Below are positions 11,863 through 23,700 of a DNA stretch of 64,000 nt, piece by piece. The DNA is from Podarcis filfolensis. Its lineage: Eukaryota. The stretch is taken from the NCBI GenBank assembly GCA_964270895.1, contig OZ185437.1, one strand, 5' to 3'. The position numbers and the translations under genes were made by a program. Under the pieces are notes generated by a model, which saw only the letters and a program-made list of their open reading frames with translations, searched no databases and was not told the DNA's origin. How positions within the stretch are numbered: the first letter of the stretch is position 1; the number at the start of each line of letters is the position of its first letter.

Positions 11863-12610
11863 TTCAACATCTGAGTACAGAAACAAAATATTCAATGCAG
11901 AGGACTGAGTGAAGACCACTTTCCAAATATTCCGTGGTGGTTTATGAGGCTCTGTGGAATATTTGTTATGGAATAACTGATGGGCTGAATTAAAAGTGCA
12001 CAGGAATGGAATGATGTGCAGCTGGCTTGCATGTAATGCTGAGCCATAGTTTAACACTAGGTTCGCTATAATGAGCTGAGTGAAGCCTTGGGCTTGCTGC
12101 CCCCCTTCCTTGTTTTGTCTGGCCAGCAGAAGGACGTGGTTAGTATTTACTTTCAATTTCAAAAAACCAAGGTTTAGCACTATGTGTGTATAAACCCAAG
12201 GCTGGTTGAAAACAAAGGGGTCAGGGTTGTTGTTTTTCTGTTTTTTTTTTAAAGCAACTTTTAAACTATGGATTGTGAAGCTGGATCAGATTCTGGTCCA
12301 TGAAAACGTAAGCCGTAATCAATTTGTTAGCTAGCAGCAGTGGCAGCAGCAGTATTTGTCAATGTATCTGCCACCTAATCACAATAATCTCTAAGCAGTA
12401 TCTCTTCCTGTCAACATTCTAGCTGCAGTGTTTTGCCCCAGCCTCTGAACCAGGCCTAAGGGCAGTCCCACAAGACTCTTTGTTGCAAAAGAATTACATC
12501 AAAATTGTAAATTTGGGTTTCCAGCTCTAAACTTCGGCTACTGCCCTATTGAAAGTGGCAACAATTCTATAGGCTTTTAAACAGTTCAAGTATTTCCTTT
12601 TATCAAGATA

Positions 12611-12890
12611 CCGTATATACTTGAGTATATGCCAACCTGAATATAAGCCAAGGCACCTAATTTTAGCACAAAAAACTGGGAAAACTTATTGACTCAAGTA
12701 TAAGCCGGTTCACCACACACCAAACCTGGTGGTGGTGGCAGCGGTGGAGGAAGAACAAGCAGCCCAAAAGGGCTCCTTTCAGGCTGCTCGTCCCTCCGCT
12801 GCCGCCACCCACCTCGAGTATAAGCCGAGTGGGGCTTTTTCAGCATAAAAAATGTGCTGAAAAAGTCGGCTTATATTCGAGTATATACGG
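12611..12890. mobile_element. Tc/mariner (Tc2-like) MITE
   Basis: TA-CCGTATATACTTGAGTATA...TATTCGAGTATATACGG-TA; internal repeats of GAGTATAAGCC. Confidence 0.85.
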
Positions 12891-15089
12891 TAGTAATTCT
12901 TTCTCTCAGACAATCTCACAGAAGCTTGCTTCTTCTTCCCTGCCGCATCTTTCCAGCTTGGTCTGAGTTACTGAATGCCTGAAAGGGAGCAGCCAGTTGC
13001 CTGGGGGAAGGCTTTTTTTTTTTTTAACATGACAGGAGGGAGGAAAACAGTACTGGGAGGATAATGAGAGGAAAGGTATGGTCTCACTTGTCTAAATATA
13101 ATTCATTCTTTCAGCAGGTTTTTTCCTCTGTCACTTTCCAGATGCTCAGGAGGCAAGCCATTGTTCTGAGGCAGGAAATATGTACATATCTCGCTCCAAA
13201 GAATCCCCTTCAGGATTCTACTGAAATGTACAGGTTTCATACTTTTATAACTCGCCTTTTTCTTTTTTCTGCTACAAGAGGAAAGTAAACACATGATGAA
13301 CTGACATACACGTTTTATCTTTGCAAAGCAGTAAGCTGATTTGCTCTTCATAACTGTGAAAAAAGAAATGTCTTTCACATTTCTACTCTGCAGTTGGAAT
13401 AGGTTTTTTCCCCTGCTTCCAAGAGGGAAGGCTGCAAAAGATGACAGGTTATGAGCACAAAGCTAAATCCTACAAGAGAAACTGCCTAAACCACATGACC
13501 ATGTCTCTAATTTCATTCCCCCCCCCCATTTTGCCTTCATGACAACCCTGTGAGGTAGACAGTGCCTTACTTCTCACTTTCATCACATACTCAAAGCCAT
13601 CCAGTAACCTTCGTTTGGACTGGGTTCCCCATAGGCAATCCTGACATGTTACCCACTTAACAACCCTGACAATGGGGTATGTGAGGATTATATTCGATGA
13701 AGCCATCCAATTAAGACAGAACATCCTCTCCCTTTCCTCTTTCTGCTCCCACAGCCCCTAATCTGGTCTAGATGTTGAAGGAAAACCCAGAACTGAACAT
13801 AACTCAATGCTTGTAGAATATACAACAGGATAGTGGCTATCTTTTGTGTCCACATTCTGCTACAAGTCAGCCACAATTATCCAGTTCTTTCTTTGTTGTT
13901 GGCTTGGCAAAATTGATACCAGGCTTTTCCATGAAGATTTGTGCCCAAAACGGCTCAAACAAACAACCAATAAAAGACCTATGGAAAATATGCAAAATCA
14001 GAATTTTTCTAAATAATAATGCCAAAACCCTTAAACAATAAATATGAAGTCAAAAAAGCACAGCAGTCAGAAAAGCCAGGATAGGACAGAAATAAAATCA
14101 AGGCATCTAAAAGGCCTGGGTAAATAAAAAAAGGTTTCACAGAAGAAGTCACACAACCTGAACACCTTTGATTATTTATTAGGTTGAAATTAATCCCACT
14201 GACCAGCTGAAATAGAATTGTTTCTGTAATATTCAACATCATATCCTCTCATCATAAATAGGTCACTAAAGCTTCATTTCTGTTCAACTTCCACAGTAGA
14301 TCGCTCCTTGAGGTGAATAAAGAAATCTCATTTTTATTGAATTTTTTTCCATAGGGGGAGGAGAAAGGGAAAAAGCACACAATCCAAGAAATATTTCTAA
14401 TCGAATAGCTCTTAAAGCATGTTTTAATTGCAGCATTTAGCTTTAAAACTCCTTATCTCCCATGTTGCGATAATATGTGCATAATTTATTATCTGCTCTT
14501 TTAGAGGAAGAAACCAAAGATGACAGTAATTGGCAGAATAATTCATCTTCCCAAAGTAAAACTATAAACATAAGAGGAAGTGTCTGAAATGTGAGTTCAA
14601 CTGGAGGCCATTGTCCAGTGTGGCCTTCGGGGTTTGCAAGCAACTGCACTGCTGTCACTCTGAGTGGAACTTGTCAGTGACAGTTTCTGTTCCTTTGCTT
14701 CCAGTGGTTTAAGGTCATTAAAGGATATCCCCCCACCATTCCTCTAACAGACGAATGCTGTTTCCTGAAGGATAATATATTCTGTGTTGTCTTTCATGCA
14801 TGCGATTTGCTTTTGTGCAGAAGCTGATAAATGATTCCCAGTCAATGAAGTCCAGGAGAATTGACAAGCCTTGATTGAGCATTCAAACTTGTTTAGCCAA
14901 TAGGAAAAGGTGAAGAAGTAAGGCATGTGAGTGTTTGTGACAGTTTAGAATGACTCGGCATTTAAATGATGCTCTCGTATGCCCTCTGCATTTGCAGCAT
15001 AAGAGACTGACTTTGCTAGAAATAAAATGGCTATGAGGGCTATGCTCTGTCTCCATGAACAGAGGCAGTAATGCTTTTAAATACCAATA

Positions 15090-15132
15090 CTACTAATAAT
15101 GCTACTACTACTACTACTAATAATAATAATAG
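15090..15132. repeat. Compound (TAC/TAA)n microsatellite
   Basis: Read directly. Confidence 0.8.
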
Positions 15133-15601
15133 TACCCCACCCATCTGGCTGTGATACTGATATGGGCAGATGATATGGATGAAAATCACAACAAGTCATA
15201 GCAATAAAATGCAAGGAAGACAAGTGTGACAGATAAAAACCAGTCCTCAACACAGACCCTTTACCTAAGATGGTGCAGCAAAAGCCTGCCAGTAAAACAA
15301 AGGTCTTCACTAACCAATGGAAAATGGCAGGAGGGAAATTAGGAAGATATTTTCCATCCATTCCTACTGGCTCGCATTCTCAGGCTCCTTCCCCACTGCC
15401 CTTTCCTTTCAGAATTATTTTGGAACATACGGTTTTGCTCATTTCATCGAGCCATTTGCAAGTCACCTTTTCCCATCGCATGTCATGATTAGATTCTGTA
15501 AGACAATCTGAAGGCAGTTTGTTCTTCACCATTGGGAGCACATACCTGCAGCATTTCCTCCATGATGTCTTTAGATGCTGCCTCTGAAAACAGAACATAT
15601 A

Positions 15602-15825
15602 CAGTGGTACCTCGGGTTACATACATTTCAGGTTACAGACTCTGCTAACACAGAAATAGTACCTTGGGTTAAGAACTTTGCTTCAGGATGAGAACAGAAA
15701 TTGTGCTCCGGCGGCGCGGCGGCAGCGGGAGGCCCCATTAGCTAAAGTGGTGCTTCAGGTTAAGAACAGTTTCAGGTTAAGAACGGACCTCCGGAACGAA
15801 TTAAGTGGTACCCGAGGTACCACTG
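15602..15825. mobile_element. Tigger/pogo-like MITE family A, copy 2
   Basis: TA-CAGTGGTACCTCGGG...CCCGAGGTACCACTG-TA. Confidence 0.9.
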
Positions 15826-16840
15826 TAAAATAAAAGTGAGAAGCAAGTCCAGATAATTTATTTGGAAGCTTATTTTTTGAGTAAGCTTGACGGCGAAAGT
15901 TTACAAAGTTTGAATGTGTGTGTGTGTATATAGATATTGATCCCTTTTGGTTTTGTTGTTTGGAAGGATGATTCTCCTGACACTGAAGTATAGCAGAACT
16001 ACACTTGCAGAATGAAGTAGAAGATTGGGATGGCGGAATTCTGGATTGCAGAGATTGTGCATGAGAATGAGGTTGTCATATTTTTAAACATTGCCATTTG
16101 AACTTCTTCCATGTAGTTAAACCAGAAGATTAAGGAGAAGAATTCAGAGAAGTCATCTTTCTGTCATGCACACAGAGGGATTTACACATGGGGGCATTTA
16201 AAGATACCACCCTCCCACCTAAAATCTGAAGTGATTTAAAGTCCACAATTCTACAGTGACATTCTGTGTATTGTGTAGAACAGTAGAACAGCTTTATAGA
16301 GATTTATTTTAAAACTGAATTGACATTTGCTTGGCTGGAGTCAGATTGGTCACATGCAGAGGTTCATCGCACAAGCAGGTTTGTTCTGGGATTTCTGAGC
16401 AAAGCAGCTCACAAAAGTTCTGGTGCTTTGGGGGGGGGGTTAAGGGTATGCATTTGGCTGGCTGCTTTGTGATGGCTCATAACAGGTGATATAGAAAAGG
16501 TCAACCCAGTTTGAAGCAAGCCAGGTGTATCAGCCCTGAGCTGTTCATCAGGACCACATGATGAGCTCAGTGTGGACTTTTTTCCACACTGTTTAGAAGA
16601 AGCTTGCCAGTGAACTGGGCTCATGGCCAACTGATCAGACAGCCAGTCCACCACACAAAACTATTGACCCTGCTTTAAATGCTACACAATAGATACATAG
16701 ATGTAGATATAGAGATGATGTTTATATTTTAATGTTTTCAACACTTGTTTTATTGTGTATATAAGTTCAGGAATTTAATGCTTTAATGTTGATGTCATTT
16801 GTTTATATGCATATAAGCCACTTAGAAGCTTATTTTAGCA

Positions 16841-16863
16841 TAAATAAATAAATAAATAAATAA
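16841..16863. repeat. (TAAA)n tract, probable retroelement tail
   Basis: Read directly. Confidence 0.8.
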
Positions 16864-17463
16864 TCCATGTTTAAGATGGGCCATGTAAATTAGTCCATAT
16901 AGTCAAAGATGGAGAATTATTAAGAACATTTAAACTGGAATCTGCTTCAGAAAGTGTCTGCAACTAATACAAATATCTAAAGAAAGAGTAGCTATTATGA
17001 GAAGGATGAAATAAACAAGCAATCTCGGCAAAGACCTCCCGGACTTGAATTAAGAAAAGAGAAAGAGGCTGCAATAGGCAATAGCATTGGACATGTGTCG
17101 TTGTACATCTCAATTAAATCTCTCTTTAGAATTTGGAGAGGGGGAGTCAATAATCCCATCCATTGGACCGTTCAGTTGGAACTGAGTAGAGCAGATGATG
17201 GCAAGTGAACAGAATTTATGTCTGTATGAAGAGTGTTTTGTAGAAAATCTATGTTGATTTTTGGATGCTGCTCAATTCTCCACCACTATGGGACAGTACT
17301 TTATGCTAATTTTGTGGGGGCGTTCTGAAAAACACCCATTTTAGCCATCTGTTGTCCTGTAGTTATTTGGCTGACACAGATTGACGTTGACTCAGCCTAA
17401 GCACATGTCTTTTTCAGTAATGCATCTACCACTTCCACCCCTTCACCACAAAAGTGATAATGA

Positions 17464-17464
<1 letters not shown>

Positions 17465-17505
<41 letters not shown>
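17465..17505. repeat. (AAT)n microsatellite
   Basis: Read directly. Confidence 0.92.
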
Positions 17506-17506
<1 letters not shown>

Positions 17507-20500
17507 CTATTATTGAATTATTCCACTTTCCTTCTGGGCTGGGGCTTACCCTCCTCTCAGTTTTGTGGTCCTGCAGTGATGCTTAATGATGGATGGGTGA
17601 TCCAATAATCAGTAATGGCTTTGCTAGTGTGCTGTATGCTGAGGAACCTGCTTTGTTGAAAGGGCTTGTAAGAGGCTCTTACAACTTTAGAGAAAAAGTG
17701 GCTGACGTAGAAGTTAAAGGGCTTCAGCCTGTACGTTGCATGTGGAATATCTTGTATGAACTGGAGCCTACATGGGCGCTTTCGTAAGGAAGTATGCTCT
17801 GCCCATGCAATATCCTGATACCTGTTTGTTTTATTTTTTAAAGCAGTGGGTTAACTACATGCTTGCTCGCAAATTTATGCACACAGGCCCTTGTTTACAT
17901 AAAGTGTTGTGCCCAAAGTGAGGGGAGGGAGGCTCCACTGCTGGGCTCCACTGCACATGGAACATTCACACTAGATCTATGTGTGAATCAGACTTGCCCT
18001 TCTTTGATACAGTCCAGCCTTTAGACACTACAGATAGATCATTCTACTAGATTTCCTCTGCTGTCATGTCGCTCGATTCCATCAGAGTTGGAATTACGTT
18101 GCAGAGCACCATGAATATGGTGTAGAATGGAAGGTGAGAGGCTGGGGAAGAGGCGCACTGAATTTTGGCAATGGACAGGTCGTCCCTGAAATCCTTGAGA
18201 TCCTAAGGTCTACCACTGATTTCATACTTCAGTACCAAGAAAGGACGCAGGCAAAAGGCATCAGGTATCTGTAACAATCCAGTTTAGAACTGGCAAGACT
18301 TGGCATTTTAGAGTCTAGATTCTGACGCTTTTCAGCAGGTGGCAATTACATGCTGCCTGAAAAATAAGCAAATATTACAAGAATCGGCCTTTATGGCGCA
18401 GCTATGTTATGACATCCTTGGGTTGAATCTGTTGGCTTCTTTTGGTATCAGATAAGGATTGTAACATGAGTTGAGTGAGTATCTTATAATCTCTGCATTA
18501 TTTCCTCCCTGCAGTTTTCTTTATTGTATCTGTCAAATGTCCCATTACTTTCTCTTTTATCAGGTATTAAAAGGCTCTATTTTTCAAAATGCCCAGCCAC
18601 CCACAACCATAGTTAGCAAGTAGGAATTGTGCAGGCATTGAATTTTATTTGAGAGAGAGAGAAATCAAGTTCATGCTGTGCTTTTCTAGGTAGTAAACAA
18701 GATGTTTTCTTCACCTCCTCCTTGATACTGTTGTAGATGTCATGGGTATGTGCTGTCATGGTGTGGCTTCATTTCACCCCAGGGATCGAGGAGGCAGTTA
18801 CTTTGGGGTGATGGCAGTATTTGCCTTCCTGTAGGAAACAATGAAAGGCATGGTGTGGAGTTGGGGGGTGGGGAGAGAGAAGAGCTGTTATACATGGAAA
18901 TGCATAATTTGAGCTTATTATGCATATGTGGGATGGAGTTGTTCTGGCATCTTTTCCGCCCAACTGCAGAACAGTTCATAGCAACAATATTGCAATCGTT
19001 TCCTTGCTTCTCCTGTAAACAGAGGCAGCACATGAGACAGTGCACCTCTCCATTCCTGACAAAATTGTGTAACATTGCTAGCTATATGGTGGGATGCCCT
19101 TGTTAGCTAGCAGGCAGAATTCACTTAAAGCTGCAGAGTGAAACTGACACTGTATCAGGACATGCCTTCTTAGTCATCCCTGGGTTACAACAAAGATCCT
19201 GGTGCATAAAACAAGGTGAAACGTTCACCCAACAATCTAAATCCATAACAATCCAAATAGCTGTCATGATACTTTGTTGGGAGCATTGTCATGCTTTCTG
19301 GAAACGATGCGTTGATTCATGAGTGCATTGTAAATACTCAGCAGATACTATCTTAAGCCTTCAGCGCATATGAATTTAAAACAACATAACATAATTTAAG
19401 AGTCTTATAGCATCTTAAAGACAGGGCAGATTATGTTCCTCACCATTATTGTATGGTTGGGTTCTCCTATATCAGTCACTAGTTTATGAAGTGGCTGACT
19501 ATAACCAGGTCAACTGGTAGACATTTTTGGCTGTCCCCTTCTCTAGCACTTCTTCACACACTACTAAAGATTTAGAGCAACCCAACAAGGTTGATTGGGG
19601 GTAGTTTCAGGGCCAACAAAAATAAATTATTCCTATACTCCATAATTGACTTTTGAAATGTGCTTCTGGTATGTATGGTAACTGACACTAGTGTGGCTAT
19701 TTTTATATAATAAAATATTAATCGATTGCATAGATCTGTCAGTGGTTATTAGCTACGATAAGCCAAACAGATTCCTCTGCAGCTAGAAGCAAGGTCCATC
19801 TGATGGCTGGTAGCTATCAGCTATGCAGTAGGGCCATGGCTGATACTAGACATCACAAGAGTTGTGTGGCTGCTACTTTCATTTTCTTTCTCCTTTCACC
19901 TGGTAATCCCAAACTAGTGACATCATGTCATTGCACTGAAAGTTTCCCTGCCCCTGTGAGTACCCACTAGTGAAGTGGAGGAGAGGAACGTGAAAGTGGA
20001 ATGACACCATCTTGGACTGCTAGATTTTATGAGGGAGAAGAGGAGGTACCGTGTTGTTGGGCCCTGTTCAAGCTTTTACATCAAACAGCCTTGATCTCTG
20101 GAAAGGCCCATGACTTCAAGCACATTAATCCTTTCAAGAAACTGCCATCTCTCCAGATCTCCACAAACTTGTTGCACAAGAACCTTTCACTCCCACCAAT
20201 GTCTGCACTCTGTCAGAGAGAGGTTTCATGTGTGTGTTGTTCAGCCAGGTCAATGAGTGTGTGCAGATCTCAGAGACCACAGCTGTGTTTTACAACCTAG
20301 AGAAAGCTGACAACCCTTTAACTTGATTTGTTTCCATTTGAAAACATTGGAGAGAGCTGGACTTAAAAGTCCTTGGTTTCAGTAAAGTGTGCCCATGAAG
20401 ATTCTCCGTTGCTTTTATGGCAGCAATGAAACACATCCTGCTGTTCTTAAAGAGAAGCCTCATTGGCTGAACATTTCTAATTTTTGTAGCCTTAATTTAT

Positions 20501-20617
20501 AATTTAAGCATGGCAATATATTTTTGCTATATCAGATAATGAAATTTCAGGTGAACTGCATGTTGGAATCTTGTATAGACTCTTGGGAAAAAGTTCTGTT
20601 TTCTGGAATCTTCTTAG

Positions 20618-20746
20618 GTGGTACTGGTAAGATGGAACGAACCATTCCAGAAGCTTGCAACTTGTGATGCAGACGGTGGAATATTTGTTTGGATTCAGTA
20701 TGAAGGCAGATGGTCTGTGGAACTTGTGAATGACCGTGGGGCACAG
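20618..20746 (+). CDS. TULP4: TULP4 exon 2 (WD40 region)
   Basis: ttcttag|GTG...CAG|gttagt; VVLVRWNEPFQKLATCDADGGIFVWIQYEGRWSVELVNDRGAQ; phase 0-0. Confidence 0.96.
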
Positions 20747-23700
20747 GTTAGTATCCCCTCCCTCCTTTTTTCCTTTTAAAAAAAGACCACTAAAGTTCTC
20801 ACTCCCTGTAGAAAGAGTAAATTGTGGAAAGAGCAATTGTTAGAGCAGGATTTTAATTGAACTCTAAAATCCATAGTTGGGCAAGACCAACCATCAAAAA
20901 TGTCACAAGATAGAGAGCACATTTTTGAATTATTCAGAACTCTTCTGCAGACTAGACGTTACACAAGGTAGGGGTTGTGGTGGGGTGCTCCCCCTCTCCT
21001 GTGTACAACATGAGCCCAGTTGCACCAGCAGAACTGTTTATAGCTGGATACCACCCTTGTCTGGATTGCACTTTATTTTATTTTTAAAAAAACTTTTTTA
21101 TAGCATGGTTTGAAAATCTGAAATGCAAGGTGGTGGATGCAGCAGACACTTTGGCATTAATGTTCCCTGCTTGTTGGCCAAACTTGTGTTAACTTCTCTT
21201 AAAATAAAAAAAGTGGGGGTTCACGAGCCACTTAACCGGAACCTGCTAAACATATTGGTACCAATTGATTCTAGTCTCATTTGCTTCTATAGGGCGCTGT
21301 TTCTTTTACATATGGGCTGCATTGTCGGAATAATGTTCTAGCCTCTTCTTGTCTGTGTGTGTTTTAAGGTGAGTGACTTTACATGGAGCCATGATGGAAC
21401 ACAAGCACTGATCTCCTATAGAGATGGGTTTGTGCTAGTTGGATCAGTCAGTGGACAGAGACATTGGTCTTCAGAGATTAACCTGGAGAGTCAGATCACC
21501 TGTGGCATATGGACTCCTGATGATCTACAGGTAAGATTGCTTTGAAAACAAAAACTGCCACACTCTGTGTGTATGTCAGGGTTGACCATGCATTAATCGG
21601 TAAGCACCTTCCTGCTGCACACAGGACAAGAAGATGGTTGATTAATTTAGCTGTGTGACTGACACACTCTTGTAGCTGATGTCAAGCTACACAAGTGTTC
21701 AGTGGTAATTCACATCACATGGCTACATATACCCCCCTCCAGTCATATGTATATCAAGTATTGAAATGCTTGAAAACTGCTTGAGAGCACCTTCAGTAGT
21801 AGACATATTTGATGAGCAGTAGCATTGTTTTTAAATGCAGCCAGCCCAATCCAGTCCTGAGCTTGGTAATTGCTGCAGCATCCTACCTTCCTCTACTGGG
21901 GGAAAGAAAGTGTCTGAGGATAGAATAGGCAGACAGGGAAAGAGTTAACACATTCTCAGCACAGATTCAGGGAGGGAAGCTCACCTTGGGGTCAGAAATG
22001 AGCCTCCGCTCATCTCTTGCTTTGTGCCTACCAGACCATGCCTTAAAAGACATGTTCACCACAGGTGAGCTAGCAAATAGATTTGTGGACTCCTAATCTC
22101 AAACCCAGTTCAGGGTGTTCTATTTTAGAAACCAGTCAATCTAAACCAAATGCATAATTCCATAATGAAGTGTTAATGAAATATTATACTAACACTTAAC
22201 ATTTAGCTCTCTCTGTGGGTCTCGTATCACTTTGAAGAGGGAATTAATTATCTTCATGCCACTCTTGCTAAGGTGCACCTTCTCAGCTGCTCATTTTGAT
22301 GTTGAGGGAAAAGAGAAAGAGAAATTGCTTGCTTTGCTTAAAAAATCTCCCTGGGACGAACCAATGCAAATCTCATTGGAGCTGATAAGAAAGTTCTCAT
22401 TGACTTCAGTGACCACAATTAAATGAAAAGGCTGGGTTCAGAACACAGATCTTCTGGCTCCCAGTTGTATTGTTTTAATTGCTAACCTGCAGTTGCTGTT
22501 CAGTTTTTAGTATCAACTTTCCTGACTGAAACATAGGCTTGCTTCTCTGCTCTCTCTCATTTTCACTTCTGTTTTGCTTATGGAGAGCTCACCGCAGCTT
22601 CTGCTGCCTAAAATAAAAAATCAGGGAAAAGCTGATAGCATTTGAAATCCTGTCACAAAGCAAAATACTTTTTTAGTAAGGCCGTGTTTACTTGTTCTAC
22701 TGACGCCGCCACACCGCATGTGTCTTGGAGGTTGATCGCAAGACTGAGCCACAGAAATGAAGGCAGTGCAGCTGCTGCTTGGTCAGATGAAGCCGCAGCT
22801 GAAGGCAGGCGATTTTTAAAATTATTATTTTAGTCAGAATATGCTATATTCTGTTAGAGAGTGGGATGAGGTGAGATTTGATATACAAAGGCAGCATGTG
22901 GCCATAGCAAGGGCCTAATCAAACCTTGCGCAGAAACTGCTCACCTAGACTTTTCACACAAAATTCTCTTGGGATGCCAAATCCACAGTTCCTAACACCA
23001 CATGGTTAACATTATAAGATTCCATCATGCTCTTTGTTAATCGATATGGGGAAGGTGGAAATGCCTTCTGATTTTCCGAGATACGTCCTCAGCATGAGCC
23101 TTCTTCGGCCAGAGGCCTTAAAATATCTAGGCCAGGGTTCAGCTATCAAGCAGCAACATTAGAAGAACAGCTTGCTACCTGGAAGCCATTATCCCCCCAG
23201 GAGCCATACGGCGGCTTAGACCTATTTTCAATGTTGTTCTCTGAAAATGCCAAGAAATACGAACACCATGTTTTGCAAGCTGTAACTCCAAAAGCATTCT
23301 TCGATCCCCTATGTTTATTACATTTCTGATTCTTAGGACCACACAAAATAGCAAGCAGAAAGCTTTTAATTAATTAGGCAGTACATTTAATGTTGCATGG
23401 AATGGAGTCAATGACTAAATTGCCAGTGTAAAATAGAGCAGTATAACCAATAACAGTTCAATTCAGGGAGTTCAAATATAACAAGGGAAGAATACTCAAG
23501 CTCATATCATCTTGATTCTCTTGTTGTATAAACAAAACATTCCAGCATATAATATTTTGGGCTATTTTTAGAATTACTTCAGGTTTTCTTGTTAGTCTTG
23601 GCATTTAAAATTAATGACCTCTGGTTGCTCATGCTAAGAGCTTTATGAATGTTTTATATTCCATTGCTGCTCTTTTTGGACTGAAAACGTGGCTTTCTTT

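Noticed and set aside
16357-16674. Possible hAT MITE ending ...attgaccctg
   Set aside because: No matching left TIR or TSD could be identified, so it is not listed as a feature.
1-20617. Search for TULP4 coding exon 1 (MYAAVEHGP... as recalled) or a promoter
   Set aside because: Not found and no CpG island present; it must lie upstream of the window.
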